A DNA stretch of 64,000 nt, from contig CBDDEL010000012.1 of NCBI GenBank assembly GCA_965226885.1, positions 64,001 through 128,000 on the forward strand, written 5' to 3'. The notes under the pieces were generated by a model. The model did not search any database. It was not told the DNA's origin and was given only the letters and a program-made list of their open reading frames with translations. The position numbers and the translations under genes were made by a program. Positions 40,953 through 51,625 of this stretch are shown one piece after another (the first letter of the stretch is position 1; every line of letters starts with the position of its first letter). The DNA comes from Opitutales bacterium (GTDB taxonomy: Bacteria; Verrucomicrobiota; Verrucomicrobiia; Opitutales; UBA2987).

Positions 40953-41996
40953 ATGACCACAATTTGTGGGAGCGGGAGTGAGAACCGGGAGGTGGTTCTG
41001 CAGATTGAGGGTTTGAAAACCTATTTTTATACGGAGGAGGGAGAAATTCCGGCGGTCGATGGCGTGAATTTGACTTTGGAAAGGGGAAAGACACTGGCCA
41101 TTGTGGGCGAGAGTGGCTGCGGCAAGAGCGTCACGGCTTTTTCGATTCTTAGGCTCATCCAACGACCGGGCAGAATTTTGGGAGGAAAGATAAAGTTTTT
41201 TCCCATGGGAGGGGAAGTGATCGATATGGTTGCTTTGGATGAGAAGGACGAGCGGCTTTATCAAGTACGCGGCGGCAAGATCAGCATGATTTTCCAGGAG
41301 CCGATGACGGCGTTGAGCCCGGTACACACCATCGGCAACCAGATTTGCGAGGCCATTTTGCTGCATCAGGAAGTTTCGGAAACCGAAGCGCGTCGGTTGG
41401 CGGCCGAGATGCTGGAGAAGGTTGGCATTCCCAACCCTGTAGAACGCCTCAACCAATACGCGCATGAGATGAGCGGGGGAATGCGCCAGCGCGCCATGAT
41501 TGCGATGGCCCTGGTGTGCCGGCCGGAAGTGCTCATTGCAGACGAACCAACGACGGCCCTCGACGTTACCATACAGGCCCAGATTTTGAAATTGATCAAA
41601 GACTTACAGAAAGAGATCGGCACCTCGGTTATCTTTATTACCCATGACCTTGGGGTGGTGGCGCAGGTCGCCGACGATGTGGCCGTGATGTATCTGGGGC
41701 GCATTGTGGAGCGAGCCTCGGTTCGGGAGGCGCTGAAATCTCCGCTCCATCCCTATACCATTGCCTTGCTCGAATCGCTACCCCGCATGGAAAGCCATCA
41801 CCAACGCTTGTCGGCCATCACCGGAAGCGTACCCTCGTTGATGGAAATACCGACCGGGTGCCCCTTTCATCCCCGGTGTTCTCACGCCGCGCCGGGTGTC
41901 TGCGATGTTGGAAATCCGCCCCGTCTCGAGGTGCAGAGTGACGGTCGTCTCGTTGCCTGTTTGCGTATAAAGGAGATAGCGCAGGCACATTCCTGA
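40953..41996 (+). CDS. Oligopeptide/dipeptide ABC transporter ATP-binding subunit (OppD/DppD-like)
   Basis: Motifs GESGCGKS, MSGGMRQR, DEPTTALD, HPYT and GCPFHPRC. Confidence 0.93.
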   Translation: MTTICGSGSENREVVLQIEGLKTYFYTEEGEIPAVDGVNLTLERGKTLAIVGESGCGKSVTAFSILRLIQRPGRILGGKIKFFPMGGEVIDMVALDEKDERLYQVRGGKISMIFQEPMTALSPVHTIGNQICEAILLHQEVSETEARRLAAEMLEKVGIPNPVERLNQYAHEMSGGMRQRAMIAMALVCRPEVLIADEPTTALDVTIQAQILKLIKDLQKEIGTSVIFITHDLGVVAQVADDVAVMYLGRIVERASVREALKSPLHPYTIALLESLPRMESHHQRLSAITGSVPSLMEIPTGCPFHPRCSHAAPGVCDVGNPPRLEVQSDGRLVACLRIKEIAQAHS

Positions 41997-42015
41997 ACCA
42001 ATCCGTGAGACAATT

Positions 42016-43050
42016 ATGACAGCATTGGAGGTTAGTTCATGTAGCGAAACGGAGCCCGAGGTGCCCGGAACGGATCTTCTTTTAAGGGTCCGCAATCTGT
42101 GCAAACATTTTCCCGTTTTCAGCCGTGGATTCTTTAAGAAACAAATCGCCACGATAAGGGCGGTTGATCAGGTTTCCTTTGATTTGAAACGCGGAGAAAC
42201 CCTGGGCCTGGTGGGCGAAAGCGGCTCGGGCAAGACCACCTGCGCGCGAACTATCCTGCGGGCTTTGAAACCGACGGAAGGGGAAGTACTGTTCCGGGCA
42301 AACGGTAAGACTATAGACCTGGCCAGAGTCCAGGAGCGTGACTTGAAACCCTTGCGGACGAAGATGCAAATGATCTTTCAGGATCCGTTTTCATCCTTGA
42401 ATCCACGCATGACGGTTGGCGACATCGTGGGCGAGCCGCTGACGATCCACCGCCTCGCCAAAGGTTCAGAATGGGAGGAGCGCATCGTGGAAATGCTGCG
42501 CATGGTAGGATTGAAACCCGAACACCGTCAGAGGTATCCGCACGCCTTCAGCGGCGGTCAGCGCCAGCGCATAGGGATCGCCCGCGCTCTCATAATGCGG
42601 CCGTCCCTGGTGATCGCAGACGAAGCGGTCTCGGCGCTCGACGTATCTGTGCAGGCCCAGGTAATCAATCTGCTCAAAGACCTGCAAAGCGAATTCAATC
42701 TGACCTATATATTCGTGGCCCATGATCTAAGTGTGGTGCGGCATGTATGTGACCGGGTAGCTGTCATGTATGCGGGAAAAATCGTCGAGATAGCGCCCAC
42801 CCGAGACCTCTTTGACGATCCCCGGCACCCCTACACCAAAGCGCTCATTTCAGCCATTCCCAACCCCGATCCGGACATCAAATTAGATTTTTCAATCGGC
42901 GGCGAAGTAGCCGACCCAGGGAAATTGCCGTCCGGTTGTAGCTTTCACCCCCGCTGCCCCGAATGCTTTGCCCCCTGCAAAAGCGAGACGCCCGAATTGA
43001 TCAGGCTGGAGAAAAACCGCCAAACCGCCTGCCACCTCTACCAGCCTTAA
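42016..43050 (+). CDS. Oligopeptide/dipeptide ABC transporter ATP-binding subunit (OppF/DppF-like)
   Basis: Motifs GESGSGKT, FSGGQRQR and DEAVSALDVSVQAQ. Confidence 0.93.
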   Translation: MTALEVSSCSETEPEVPGTDLLLRVRNLCKHFPVFSRGFFKKQIATIRAVDQVSFDLKRGETLGLVGESGSGKTTCARTILRALKPTEGEVLFRANGKTIDLARVQERDLKPLRTKMQMIFQDPFSSLNPRMTVGDIVGEPLTIHRLAKGSEWEERIVEMLRMVGLKPEHRQRYPHAFSGGQRQRIGIARALIMRPSLVIADEAVSALDVSVQAQVINLLKDLQSEFNLTYIFVAHDLSVVRHVCDRVAVMYAGKIVEIAPTRDLFDDPRHPYTKALISAIPNPDPDIKLDFSIGGEVADPGKLPSGCSFHPRCPECFAPCKSETPELIRLEKNRQTACHLYQP

Positions 43051-43172
43051 AAACACCGGAATATGGAAAAACTGCCGTCTATGCAATTGCATAGACGGCT
43101 GTTTTTTGTCATGAGCTTTCGGGTCTTTTCTGCGGAAAGACCCTCATTGGCAATGGAGTGGCTAGTAGCCGA

Positions 43173-44381
43173 CTAAAACAGCTCTTTGACTACCTGGGCC
43201 ATGGCGTCGCCGATCTTTTCCAGGTCTTCCTGGCTGTGGCGGGCCGATATCGAGGTGCGGATGAGGTCTTTGCCCGGGGCTACTCCAGGGGTGACCGCCA
43301 TCACCGTGAAGACTCCTTTTTCCATCAGCGATTTCCAGAAGCGAAAGGTGAGCGCTTTGCTGCCCAGCACGATGGGCACCGCGGGCGATTCGCTGCCCCA
43401 GGTGTCCAGCCCTAGCCCGTTCAGTATTTTGATGTATTGGCGGGTGTTTTCCCACAGCCGCTGGAGGTGCTCCGGCTCCGTTTGGAGGATTTCCAGGGAG
43501 GCTTGCGCGCAGGCCGCCTGGCAGGGGCTGATGGCCGCGCTGAATACGGTCTGTTTGGAATTGGTGCGCAAATAATCGATCACTTCCTTCGAGCCGGCCA
43601 CGAAGCCTCCCGTGCTGGAGAGCGCTTTGGACATGCTCCCGGCGATCACATCAATCGAGTTGGTCACCCCCAGGTGGTCGGCCGTGCCGCGCCCTTCGCG
43701 CCCCAAAACGCCCAGCCCGTGGGCGTCGTCCATTACGATGAAGCAGTTTTTCCCTTTCGTGATTTTGAGAAATGCGGGTATCTGCGCGATGTGCCCTTCC
43801 ATCGAGTAAACTCCCTCGATGACGAGCAGCTTGGGCCCTTGCGGCGGCTCCAGCGATAAAATGTCCTGCAAATCGGCTGGGTTGTTGTGGCTGAAGCGTT
43901 CCACCCGGGCTCTCGACACACAGATGCCCGACCACAGCGAGGAGTGGGCGTTGCGGTCCACCAGGATGAGATCCCCCCTGCAGGCGAAGGTGGCCACCCC
44001 GGACATGCACGAGAGGTAGCCGGCGGCGCTCACATGACAAGCCTCCTTGCCCAGAAAATCGGCCAGCATCTCCTCCAGGGCCAAGTGGTAGCGGCGGCTG
44101 CCGTTGGCCAGGCGGGCCCCGGTGGTGCTGCTACCCCATGTTTCGAGGGCGCGTTTGCCCGCCTTGATGACCTTGGGATGATGGCTCAAACCCAGGTAAT
44201 CGTTGCTGCTGAGCATGACCAGTTCCTGCCCGTTGACCTGGACGTGGGAACCGTTTTGCCCCTCAATAGTGTGGTAGTAAGGATTGTATTTGAGACGCAG
44301 GCGGGTAGCCTCATCCTCCCGGCAACGCCGGCGGATGGAGTTGCCCGTCCTCCTTACCGTAAAAGTCGATAGTTTTTCCAC
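43173..44381 (-). CDS. PLP-dependent alpha-oxoamine synthase (SPT/BioF/Kbl family)
   Basis: Motifs SSNDYLGL, EGVYSMEG, DDAHGLG and GSMSKAL. Confidence 0.9.
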   Translation of the reverse strand: MEKLSTFTVRRTGNSIRRRCREDEATRLRLKYNPYYHTIEGQNGSHVQVNGQELVMLSSNDYLGLSHHPKVIKAGKRALETWGSSTTGARLANGSRRYHLALEEMLADFLGKEACHVSAAGYLSCMSGVATFACRGDLILVDRNAHSSLWSGICVSRARVERFSHNNPADLQDILSLEPPQGPKLLVIEGVYSMEGHIAQIPAFLKITKGKNCFIVMDDAHGLGVLGREGRGTADHLGVTNSIDVIAGSMSKALSSTGGFVAGSKEVIDYLRTNSKQTVFSAAISPCQAACAQASLEILQTEPEHLQRLWENTRQYIKILNGLGLDTWGSESPAVPIVLGSKALTFRFWKSLMEKGVFTVMAVTPGVAPGKDLIRTSISARHSQEDLEKIGDAMAQVVKELF

Positions 44382-44722
44382 TTTGATGTTATTACCTCAG
44401 CAATGGTTGTTGAAAAAGAAGGTAGGTAAACCTTTTGGATTGCACAATAAATACAAGTTATGGAACCAATAGGAAATTCATAAAGCACTATCAGAAAGTA
44501 TATTTACCCGGTTCAAGGCAAGAAAAATTACTAGTTTCCGCTAGGAACTCAAATAGATATATATTCCATTTCATAGTCAGGGAGCGATGACCAAACCACC
44601 GTCTAACCAATTTAAGGGTTCTTACCATTTTGTAAAGTAAGAAGATTAAATTTACGATTTCTTAATTTATCTGAGTTCTCCGGCTGCATAAGCTTTCGTT
44701 TGAATACCTACAGCTTATGCCC

Positions 44723-45868
44723 TTAAAAGAGGACGTTTACATTGTGATTCCAGGTAAATCGCGCGGCATATGTCCTGCCTCCATTCCCCAGTTTTTGTCG
44801 CAATACTTTATCTTCACATAGCTTCTGAACGGTGCCAGCCAATTCCAGAGAGTCGCCCGGCGAAACCAAAATCCCCGTTTCCCCATCCAGAACGGACTCC
44901 TCGATTCCCCCGCTGCGGGAAGCCACAATGGGCAATCCATAACCCGACGCTTCCAGGCAGACAAGACCGAAGCCCTCGACGCTCTTATTATGTAAATGGC
45001 TGGTTAAAAGGAAGATATCTGCCCCCGAATAAATTTCTCCAAGCGATGAATCATCGACTTCTCCCCATATTCTGATTTTAATGTCATGCCGTGAAGAATA
45101 GTGCTCAATTTCACGCAAATAGCTTTTCTGCCCCCGGGATCGGGCAGGCCCGGCAAGCCAATATTCCACCTTCTCTAGCACATCTTTGGGCAACAGCCTG
45201 AGCCCCTGCAAAACCCTCAATTGGCCTTTGCGGGGTGTGATTCTTCCTACCGTCAATAGAATAATCCGATTGTTTTGCTGTTGTTTAATTTTAGACAGAA
45301 TCTTCAAATCGCTGCGCAATGCGCCGGATGTCAGGACCGTTTTAGCCATTGATGAGGGAAATTTTTCAACCAGTAATTTGCGGCAAAAACGGGACACCAC
45401 TCCAATTTTGTCCGCTTTTTGCAGAAGTTTATTGAATAACCAGCGCCGGTGGATCGGGGATGAAAACCGCAATATTTCCGACCCGTGAAGGGTAATGATC
45501 AATTTTTTCCACGAAATGGCCGGAATCCATTGCAGATACATCATGGCCCGCAGTGGGCCCGGTTCCGGCAAATAGACAATTTTATTGGCCAGTAATTTCC
45601 GATGATGCCAAATGTAGAAGCCCAGCCTGAACCTGTCCATCCAGCCCTGGCCCCCTTTGACGGGTAGCTCCCTTACCCAATATGGAAAAGATTTTTCCCG
45701 CAAACGATCATGCCTGGGAGCCCATACCTCCACCTGAAAACCCATTTCGGCGGCACATCGGGCCATTTCCTGCACATAAGTCGATATTCCTGCTTTTCGC
45801 GGGAAAAATTCATGCGTCACCATCACAATTTCAGCATTTGGCAATTTCTCGCTTTCCATGGCAGACAA
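44723..45868 (-). CDS. Glycosyltransferase family 4
   Basis: Motifs VGRITPRKG and EGFGLVCLEA. Confidence 0.92.
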   Translation of the reverse strand: MSAMESEKLPNAEIVMVTHEFFPRKAGISTYVQEMARCAAEMGFQVEVWAPRHDRLREKSFPYWVRELPVKGGQGWMDRFRLGFYIWHHRKLLANKIVYLPEPGPLRAMMYLQWIPAISWKKLIITLHGSEILRFSSPIHRRWLFNKLLQKADKIGVVSRFCRKLLVEKFPSSMAKTVLTSGALRSDLKILSKIKQQQNNRIILLTVGRITPRKGQLRVLQGLRLLPKDVLEKVEYWLAGPARSRGQKSYLREIEHYSSRHDIKIRIWGEVDDSSLGEIYSGADIFLLTSHLHNKSVEGFGLVCLEASGYGLPIVASRSGGIEESVLDGETGILVSPGDSLELAGTVQKLCEDKVLRQKLGNGGRTYAARFTWNHNVNVLF

Positions 45869-45943
45869 ATCAAATGCTCAATTAATGGGTTGATTGCAAC
45901 CTATTGCAAGGCACACAATTTCATTTCATTTCCATTTATAAAA

Positions 45944-47044
45944 ATGAAAATAATGATTCTTCAGGATTTTCTGCGTTCGGGCGGGACTGAGCGGCAAACG
46001 ATTTTCCTGGCCAAACACTTCCGGCGAAGCGGGCATGAAGTATCGCTGCTCACCTTTCGCCCCGGCGGTCGATTATCGTCGCCATGGGCCAAAAATCGCC
46101 CGGACGGAATTTTATTAAAATCATTGCAGAAATTCGACTCGGGCTTGTCGTTTTACGCTCCTGGTTTGATAAATGAGATCGCCCGCCAATCCCCCTATGC
46201 CGTCATGTGCATGGGCCGCATGGCCAACCTATACGGGGGAAAAATACAAAAAAGCTTCCCCAAAATTCGAGTTGTCGGCACTCTGCGCACCGGCAAAAAA
46301 TTGTCTTTCTTATCCGCCAGGTCCCTTAGGGGAGTCGGGGGGATAATTGTGAACAGCCAATGGTGGAAACACCGATTGGAGGGCGATGGCTTTAAGAGCC
46401 ATAAAATCAAAATCATCCGCAATTCCATGACTTTGACCGGCGGCCAGGATGAATCGGCCCAAGATCGAAAATTAGAGAACGACCGCCTCTGGGAGTCTCA
46501 TACCGACGATCCCGCCTGTGTTTTCCTCAGTGTGGCCGCATTTCGGCAGGGAAAAGGGCAAGATGAATTACTCAAGATTTTTTCCCGGCTCGACCCCTCC
46601 CTAAAATGGCGGCTCCGATTTGTTGGCGACGGCCCGAACATGCGCCGCTGCGAAAGATTGGCGGCGCGATTGGGCCAAACGAATCGAGTCGCTTTCCTGG
46701 GCTATATCGACGACCCTCGTGGCCTTTACCGGCAAGCGGATATTGCCGTATCGGCCTCGCAGGAGGATTCCCTGCCCAATTTCCTGATCGAAGCCCAATG
46801 GTATGGATTACCGGTCGTGGCAATGAAATACAGGGGCATTGAGGAGACTTTCCAGGACGGCACGACCGGCCATCTCATTGCACGGGGAGATCAATATGCT
46901 TTTGTGAAAGCCTTGCAAAATATGATCCTCCACGCGGAAAAGCGGAAACAATTTGGCATTGAGGCTCAAGAACATGCCCGAAAGAATTTTCCCCCGCAAA
47001 AACAAGCGGAAAAAACACTTCGGTTTTTATTGGGAAATCAATGA
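45944..47044 (+). CDS. Glycosyltransferase family 4
   Basis: Motifs GGTERQ, KGQ and EDSLPNFLIEA. Confidence 0.9.
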   Translation: MKIMILQDFLRSGGTERQTIFLAKHFRRSGHEVSLLTFRPGGRLSSPWAKNRPDGILLKSLQKFDSGLSFYAPGLINEIARQSPYAVMCMGRMANLYGGKIQKSFPKIRVVGTLRTGKKLSFLSARSLRGVGGIIVNSQWWKHRLEGDGFKSHKIKIIRNSMTLTGGQDESAQDRKLENDRLWESHTDDPACVFLSVAAFRQGKGQDELLKIFSRLDPSLKWRLRFVGDGPNMRRCERLAARLGQTNRVAFLGYIDDPRGLYRQADIAVSASQEDSLPNFLIEAQWYGLPVVAMKYRGIEETFQDGTTGHLIARGDQYAFVKALQNMILHAEKRKQFGIEAQEHARKNFPPQKQAEKTLRFLLGNQ

Positions 47045-47916
47045 CCCCGAAGAATCTTTTGTAAATAATCCCGATAAGGCGAATGGGCCAAAGATTCGAT
47101 CTGGCGCTGCAAAGCCTCGGCATCGATCCAACCCTTGCGGTAGGCGATTTCCTCCGGACAGGATATTTTCATCCCTTGCCGTCTTTCGATGACCTGAACG
47201 AAGTTTGAGGCGTCCAAAAGACTGTCGTGGGTTCCGGTGTCCAGCCAGGCGATTCCGCGCCCCAGTAGCTCCACCCGCAATTGCCCTTTTTCCATATACG
47301 CCCGGTTCAAGTCGGTGATTTCCAGCTCACCGCGCTCGGAAGGTTTTAGCTGGCCCGCCATTCGAGGGGCCTGATTGTCGTAAAAATAAATTCCTGGCAC
47401 AGCATAGGGCGAACGCGGCCGGGCAGGTTTTTCCTCGATCGATAGGGCTTTCCCGGTAGCGGAGAACTCGACTACCCCGTAGCGCCCCGGATCGGATACT
47501 TGATAACCGAAAATAGTGGCCCCTGCCTCCCTGCCATCGGCGGCCAGTAGGGTTTTTGGCAAATTGTGCCCATAAAATAGATTGTCGCCCAAAATGAGGG
47601 CCGAGGGATCCCCATTGAGAAACTCTTCAGCGATGATAAGGGCCTGGGCGAGCCCCTCCGGGCGGGATTGTTCGGCATAGGAAACGCGCATTCCGAACTG
47701 ACTGCCGTTTTGCAGCAAATGGCGAAATAAAGGCAAATCGGTGGGCTTCGAGATGACCAGAACTTCCCTCAGATTCGAAAGCATAAGAACGGACAAGGGG
47801 TAATAAATCATCGGCTTGTCGTAGATCGGCATCAACTGCTTGCTCACGGCCAGGGTCAACGGATACAATCGCGTCCCCGAACCGCCTGCCAATAAGATCC
47901 CTTTTCTCTGTTTCAT
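47038..47916 (-). CDS. rfbA: Glucose-1-phosphate thymidylyltransferase
   Basis: Motifs GILLAGGSGTRLYPLT, SKQLMPIYDKPM, RGELEITD and WLDTGT. Confidence 0.96.
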   Translation of the reverse strand: MKQRKGILLAGGSGTRLYPLTLAVSKQLMPIYDKPMIYYPLSVLMLSNLREVLVISKPTDLPLFRHLLQNGSQFGMRVSYAEQSRPEGLAQALIIAEEFLNGDPSALILGDNLFYGHNLPKTLLAADGREAGATIFGYQVSDPGRYGVVEFSATGKALSIEEKPARPRSPYAVPGIYFYDNQAPRMAGQLKPSERGELEITDLNRAYMEKGQLRVELLGRGIAWLDTGTHDSLLDASNFVQVIERRQGMKISCPEEIAYRKGWIDAEALQRQIESLAHSPYRDYLQKILRGH

Positions 47917-48058
47917 TTTTCCGATTTCCGATGCTGTCTTATGTCATAAGCCATTGTCTGTCAGCGCATGTAAGGCTAAATTTCATGCCCGGAAATTTAT
48001 CGACCTAACCCCTGGGACTTGCCTGAAAATAGATTTTTCCCTCTCCCGGCTCCTCCTT

Positions 48059-50667
48059 TCACCCTTTCGGCTGAAGGATCGAAACGAAGGCATCGGTCTC
48101 GCGAACCGAGGCAAAATCGCCTTCCCGGCGCAGGTCGTCGACTGTCCAGGAAACGACATTGGGAAAGTTTTGCATAAAAGCATCCTGTAGCAGGGACGCC
48201 GCCTGTTCCTTGTCGTCGATGAGGGCGGCGATGCGGGCCCGCATATAGCTGTCCCAGCCATAGGATTCCGGGTAATCGGCAGTGCGCATGTCATTAAAAA
48301 TTTCCAACGCTTCCCTCGTTTCGGCCATGCGGGCCGCGCACAATCCTACATAACCGATGGGAACGGGATACTCGCCATATTCGCTGGCCAAGGCGATGAA
48401 GACTTTTTTAGCCTCCTCATATTTACCGGCCCGGTAGAGAAGTTCTCCATAAAAAAACCGGTGTTGATCGGTTTCCACCATCTTGTCGGGCAGTTTTTCG
48501 ACCCATAGAAAGGCCTGGTCGTAGAGTTCCTTGGCTGCTGAAACATTGCCCTTTGCCGCCAGCACCATGCCCGTGTCGAGAAGCAGCCGCCCGGTCGTCA
48601 TATCTCTCAGTGGCGTAAAACGATAAGAGGAACTGATGCGCCGGTTGACTTCGTTCAATTGGCCCAACTCGGCCAAGGCCAGGGTTTCCGCCCTCAGGGC
48701 GATAAAATTGAATGGAAATTCTTTAACCCCCTCCTGGGCTACTTTCAGGGCTTCCTCGTAGTTGCCCAACTGCCTCTGGGCCACGGAATGAAAATTGTAG
48801 GTATAAGCGTCCAATGGGGTCATGCGCAGCTCCGGATCCGTTTTCTGGAAAATTTCCAGCGCTTCCCTCGGCCGATTCAGCCAGAGCGCCCGAAGCCCCG
48901 CATTGACAAGGGTGCGGTGGGAGGACTCCAGATCAACCAATTGCCTCGCGTATTGGTAGGAGCGCAATACCTCTCCATTGTTCGAGGCTAAAGCAAAGTC
49001 CACATAAGCCTGGTCGAGGTCGTTAAGCTGATTGCCTTTTTTCCTTAAATTCTCGAATAGGGCATTGGCCTGCTGTACTTTATCCAGATTGGCCATGGCG
49101 GCCGCCTTCATCACAGTCGGGGTCATAAATTGAGGGTCCTTTCTCTGGGCTTCATTGAAATTATCGAAGGCTTCCTGGTAATCCCCATGGCCGAAGCTTT
49201 TCATGCCCTCCTCATACAGTTTATAAGCGCTGTACAACGGTGGCCAGTTTTTGGTCGCGTCGGCCAGAAAACGATAGGTGGAATAATAGAGGGACATGGC
49301 GCTGGCCACCCGTTCCTGCAATTCGCCCACTACTTTGCGCGGCGACATCAACGGACCGCTCACCGGATCCATCGAATTGAGCACTTCTCCGGTCTCCACC
49401 AGAATGATCTTGGTCTGTATTTTTAGATCGTAGGTTTGCCAGAAATAGGAGCCGTAGATGGCAATTCCGGCCCCGTTCTGCTCCGCCTGCCCGACGATGG
49501 AACCGCTCGCTCCCCCCTCCACTCCCTGGTTGATAATGGAATCCGCCGACACACGGTTGATTGTGGCCGGAATGACCGACACCAGCTTGGTTCCCTCCAG
49601 CCCCTGGGCGATGGAATCGCAAATCACATTGCCCAGTTTTTGCTCTGCCGGATCGCCCGTCAGGTTTTCGAAAATGGCCACATAAATACGCTTTACGTCC
49701 AGCTTCGGGGTCGTCGCTTCCAGCGCCTCGGTTTTTGCCGTTTCCACCGCCGCCGCGATGGCCGCTTCGGATTCTTCAGTAACTTTGGCTACTTCTTCCT
49801 CTGCCTTGGTGACGGCTTCCTCCTGCTGTTTCAAGGCGGTCTCGAATTGCCCCAAAACATCCTGTAGCTGGCTGGCGGTTTCTTCCTGTTCTCTGGCCAC
49901 CCTGTCGGCTTCTTCCACTGCGGCCGCTGCTACTACTGCTTCCCTGGCCGCCGCCGCTTCTTCCTTGGCCAGTTCTTTCTTCTTAATCAACGGATAGATG
50001 CCGAAGGCGGCCACGGCAGCGATCACTGCGGCGCCGACCAACACCAGGGACATGGTTTTCCGCTTTTTCTTTTTCGGAACCGAGCCTTTTCTTTTCTTGA
50101 CCCCTTCTTCACCCAGATGCGCCTCCAGCAGCAACTGGTAAACGGGCACTTTTTCCCGGATGTTTTTCAGTTCAATGGGGCCCAGGTAGGTGGTGTCCAG
50201 CTTGATGCTGTTTTTCACCACATCGTAAACCGTTTGGGAAATGCAGATCCCCCCGGCTCCGCTTTGGATTCCAGGCGCGAGGCGATGTTCACCCCATCGC
50301 CCATGACATCGGACTGGTTGAAATAGACATCCCCGATATGGATGCCGATGCGGTGCAGGAGCCTTTTCTCATTGGGTTCCTTTTTTGCCAGATCGTGATT
50401 GGCATTCTGGATTTCCATGGCGCAGGCGACCGCCTGGGAGGCGCTGTCGAAATACAGAAGCAGCCCGTCGCCCATCGATTTAAGGACTCTTCCCCCCTTC
50501 TTTTCACAGATTTCGCGCATCATCGTGAAGTCGCGATTGACCCGTTTCAGAGTGCCCATTTCGTCCTCGTTCATTTGGGCGCTGAAACTGGCCACGTCTG
50601 TAAAAACAATGGTGGCCAGGGTGCGTTTGGTAGTGATTTCGGGAGGCAAATTGGTTTCGTCGCTCAT
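48059..50667 (-). pseudogene. Class III adenylate/guanylate cyclase + TM + TPR protein, frameshifted
   Basis: The cyclase domain (FTDVASFS, GDG, GDGVNIASRLE) continues in another frame after a G6 run at 50249-50254. Confidence 0.85.
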
Positions 50668-50841
50668 ATCAGATCATTAAATTATTAATTTATTATGGTG
50701 ATCGAATTACCGTTGGAGATTATATTGTTCAATATTTTCACCAAACTCAACTTAAAGCTTTGTGCGGGTAAATGGCAAGCGGCATTGCAATAGGTTAACC
50801 CTGATAATAATTATCCGGCCTTTTCTGGGTGATCTTCAAGC

Positions 50842-51615
50842 TTAGACTTTCTCCAATGCCTCTTGCACGGCCGGTGGAAAGATAGCGCCCACATCGCCTT
50901 CCAGCCGCAGCGTCACCGATGGCTCGCCGTCATGGTCGGTCGCGCCGCGGTTGATGATGACGTAAGGAACGCCCCTTTGCGCGGCAATCAGCGGCATGGA
51001 GGCTGCCGGATAAGCCGACAGCGTGGAGCCCAAGGCTACCACCAGGTCTGTCTCGATAGCGGCTTTTTCCGCCCCGCGAATATCTTCGCCCCGCAGGTTC
51101 TGGCCGAAACTAATCGTTGCCGGTTTTAAAAAACCGCCGCATTCGCAACAGGGCGGCTTACCTGTCCGGCGAAAATAATCGAAATGCGGACCGGGCAGGG
51201 AACGGCGCTGACAGCTTTGGCACTCGATCTCGGCATTGGTCCCGTGCAATTCTATGACCAGTCCGGGCGAGGCCCCCGCCTTCTGATGCAGCCCATCAAT
51301 GTTTTGGGTGACCACACGGAGGATTTTTCCCGCTTTCTGCAATGACACAATGGATTCGTGGACACTGTTGGGGCGGGCATCCTTAAAATCGTCCCACGCT
51401 TCCAGCTTATAGTCCCAATGCTCGATCCGCGCCTCTTCCGAACGCATAAAATCCTGATAATAGACAGGCTTGCGACGGCTCCAGACACCCCCCGGCCCCC
51501 GAAAATCGGGAATCCCGCTGCCGGTCGATATCCCAGCCCCCGTAAAAATCAAAATCTTCCCACTCCGCCGCAGCAGTTCGCTCAATAATTCTGTAGATTC
51601 TTTGGTCATATTCAT
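50842..51615 (-). CDS. Sir2-family NAD-dependent deacylase (CobB-like)
   Basis: Motifs TGAGISTGSGIPDFRG, TQNIDGLH and ELHG, plus Zn-binding Cys pairs. Confidence 0.92.
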   Translation of the reverse strand: MNMTKESTELLSELLRRSGKILIFTGAGISTGSGIPDFRGPGGVWSRRKPVYYQDFMRSEEARIEHWDYKLEAWDDFKDARPNSVHESIVSLQKAGKILRVVTQNIDGLHQKAGASPGLVIELHGTNAEIECQSCQRRSLPGPHFDYFRRTGKPPCCECGGFLKPATISFGQNLRGEDIRGAEKAAIETDLVVALGSTLSAYPAASMPLIAAQRGVPYVIINRGATDHDGEPSVTLRLEGDVGAIFPPAVQEALEKV

Positions 51616-51625
51616 AGCCCTTTCT

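Noticed and set aside
50842..51615. Sir2 protein as an anti-phage effector (ThsA/DSR-like)
   Set aside because: It is a short classical CobB-type sirtuin with a zinc-binding domain and no defence partner genes.
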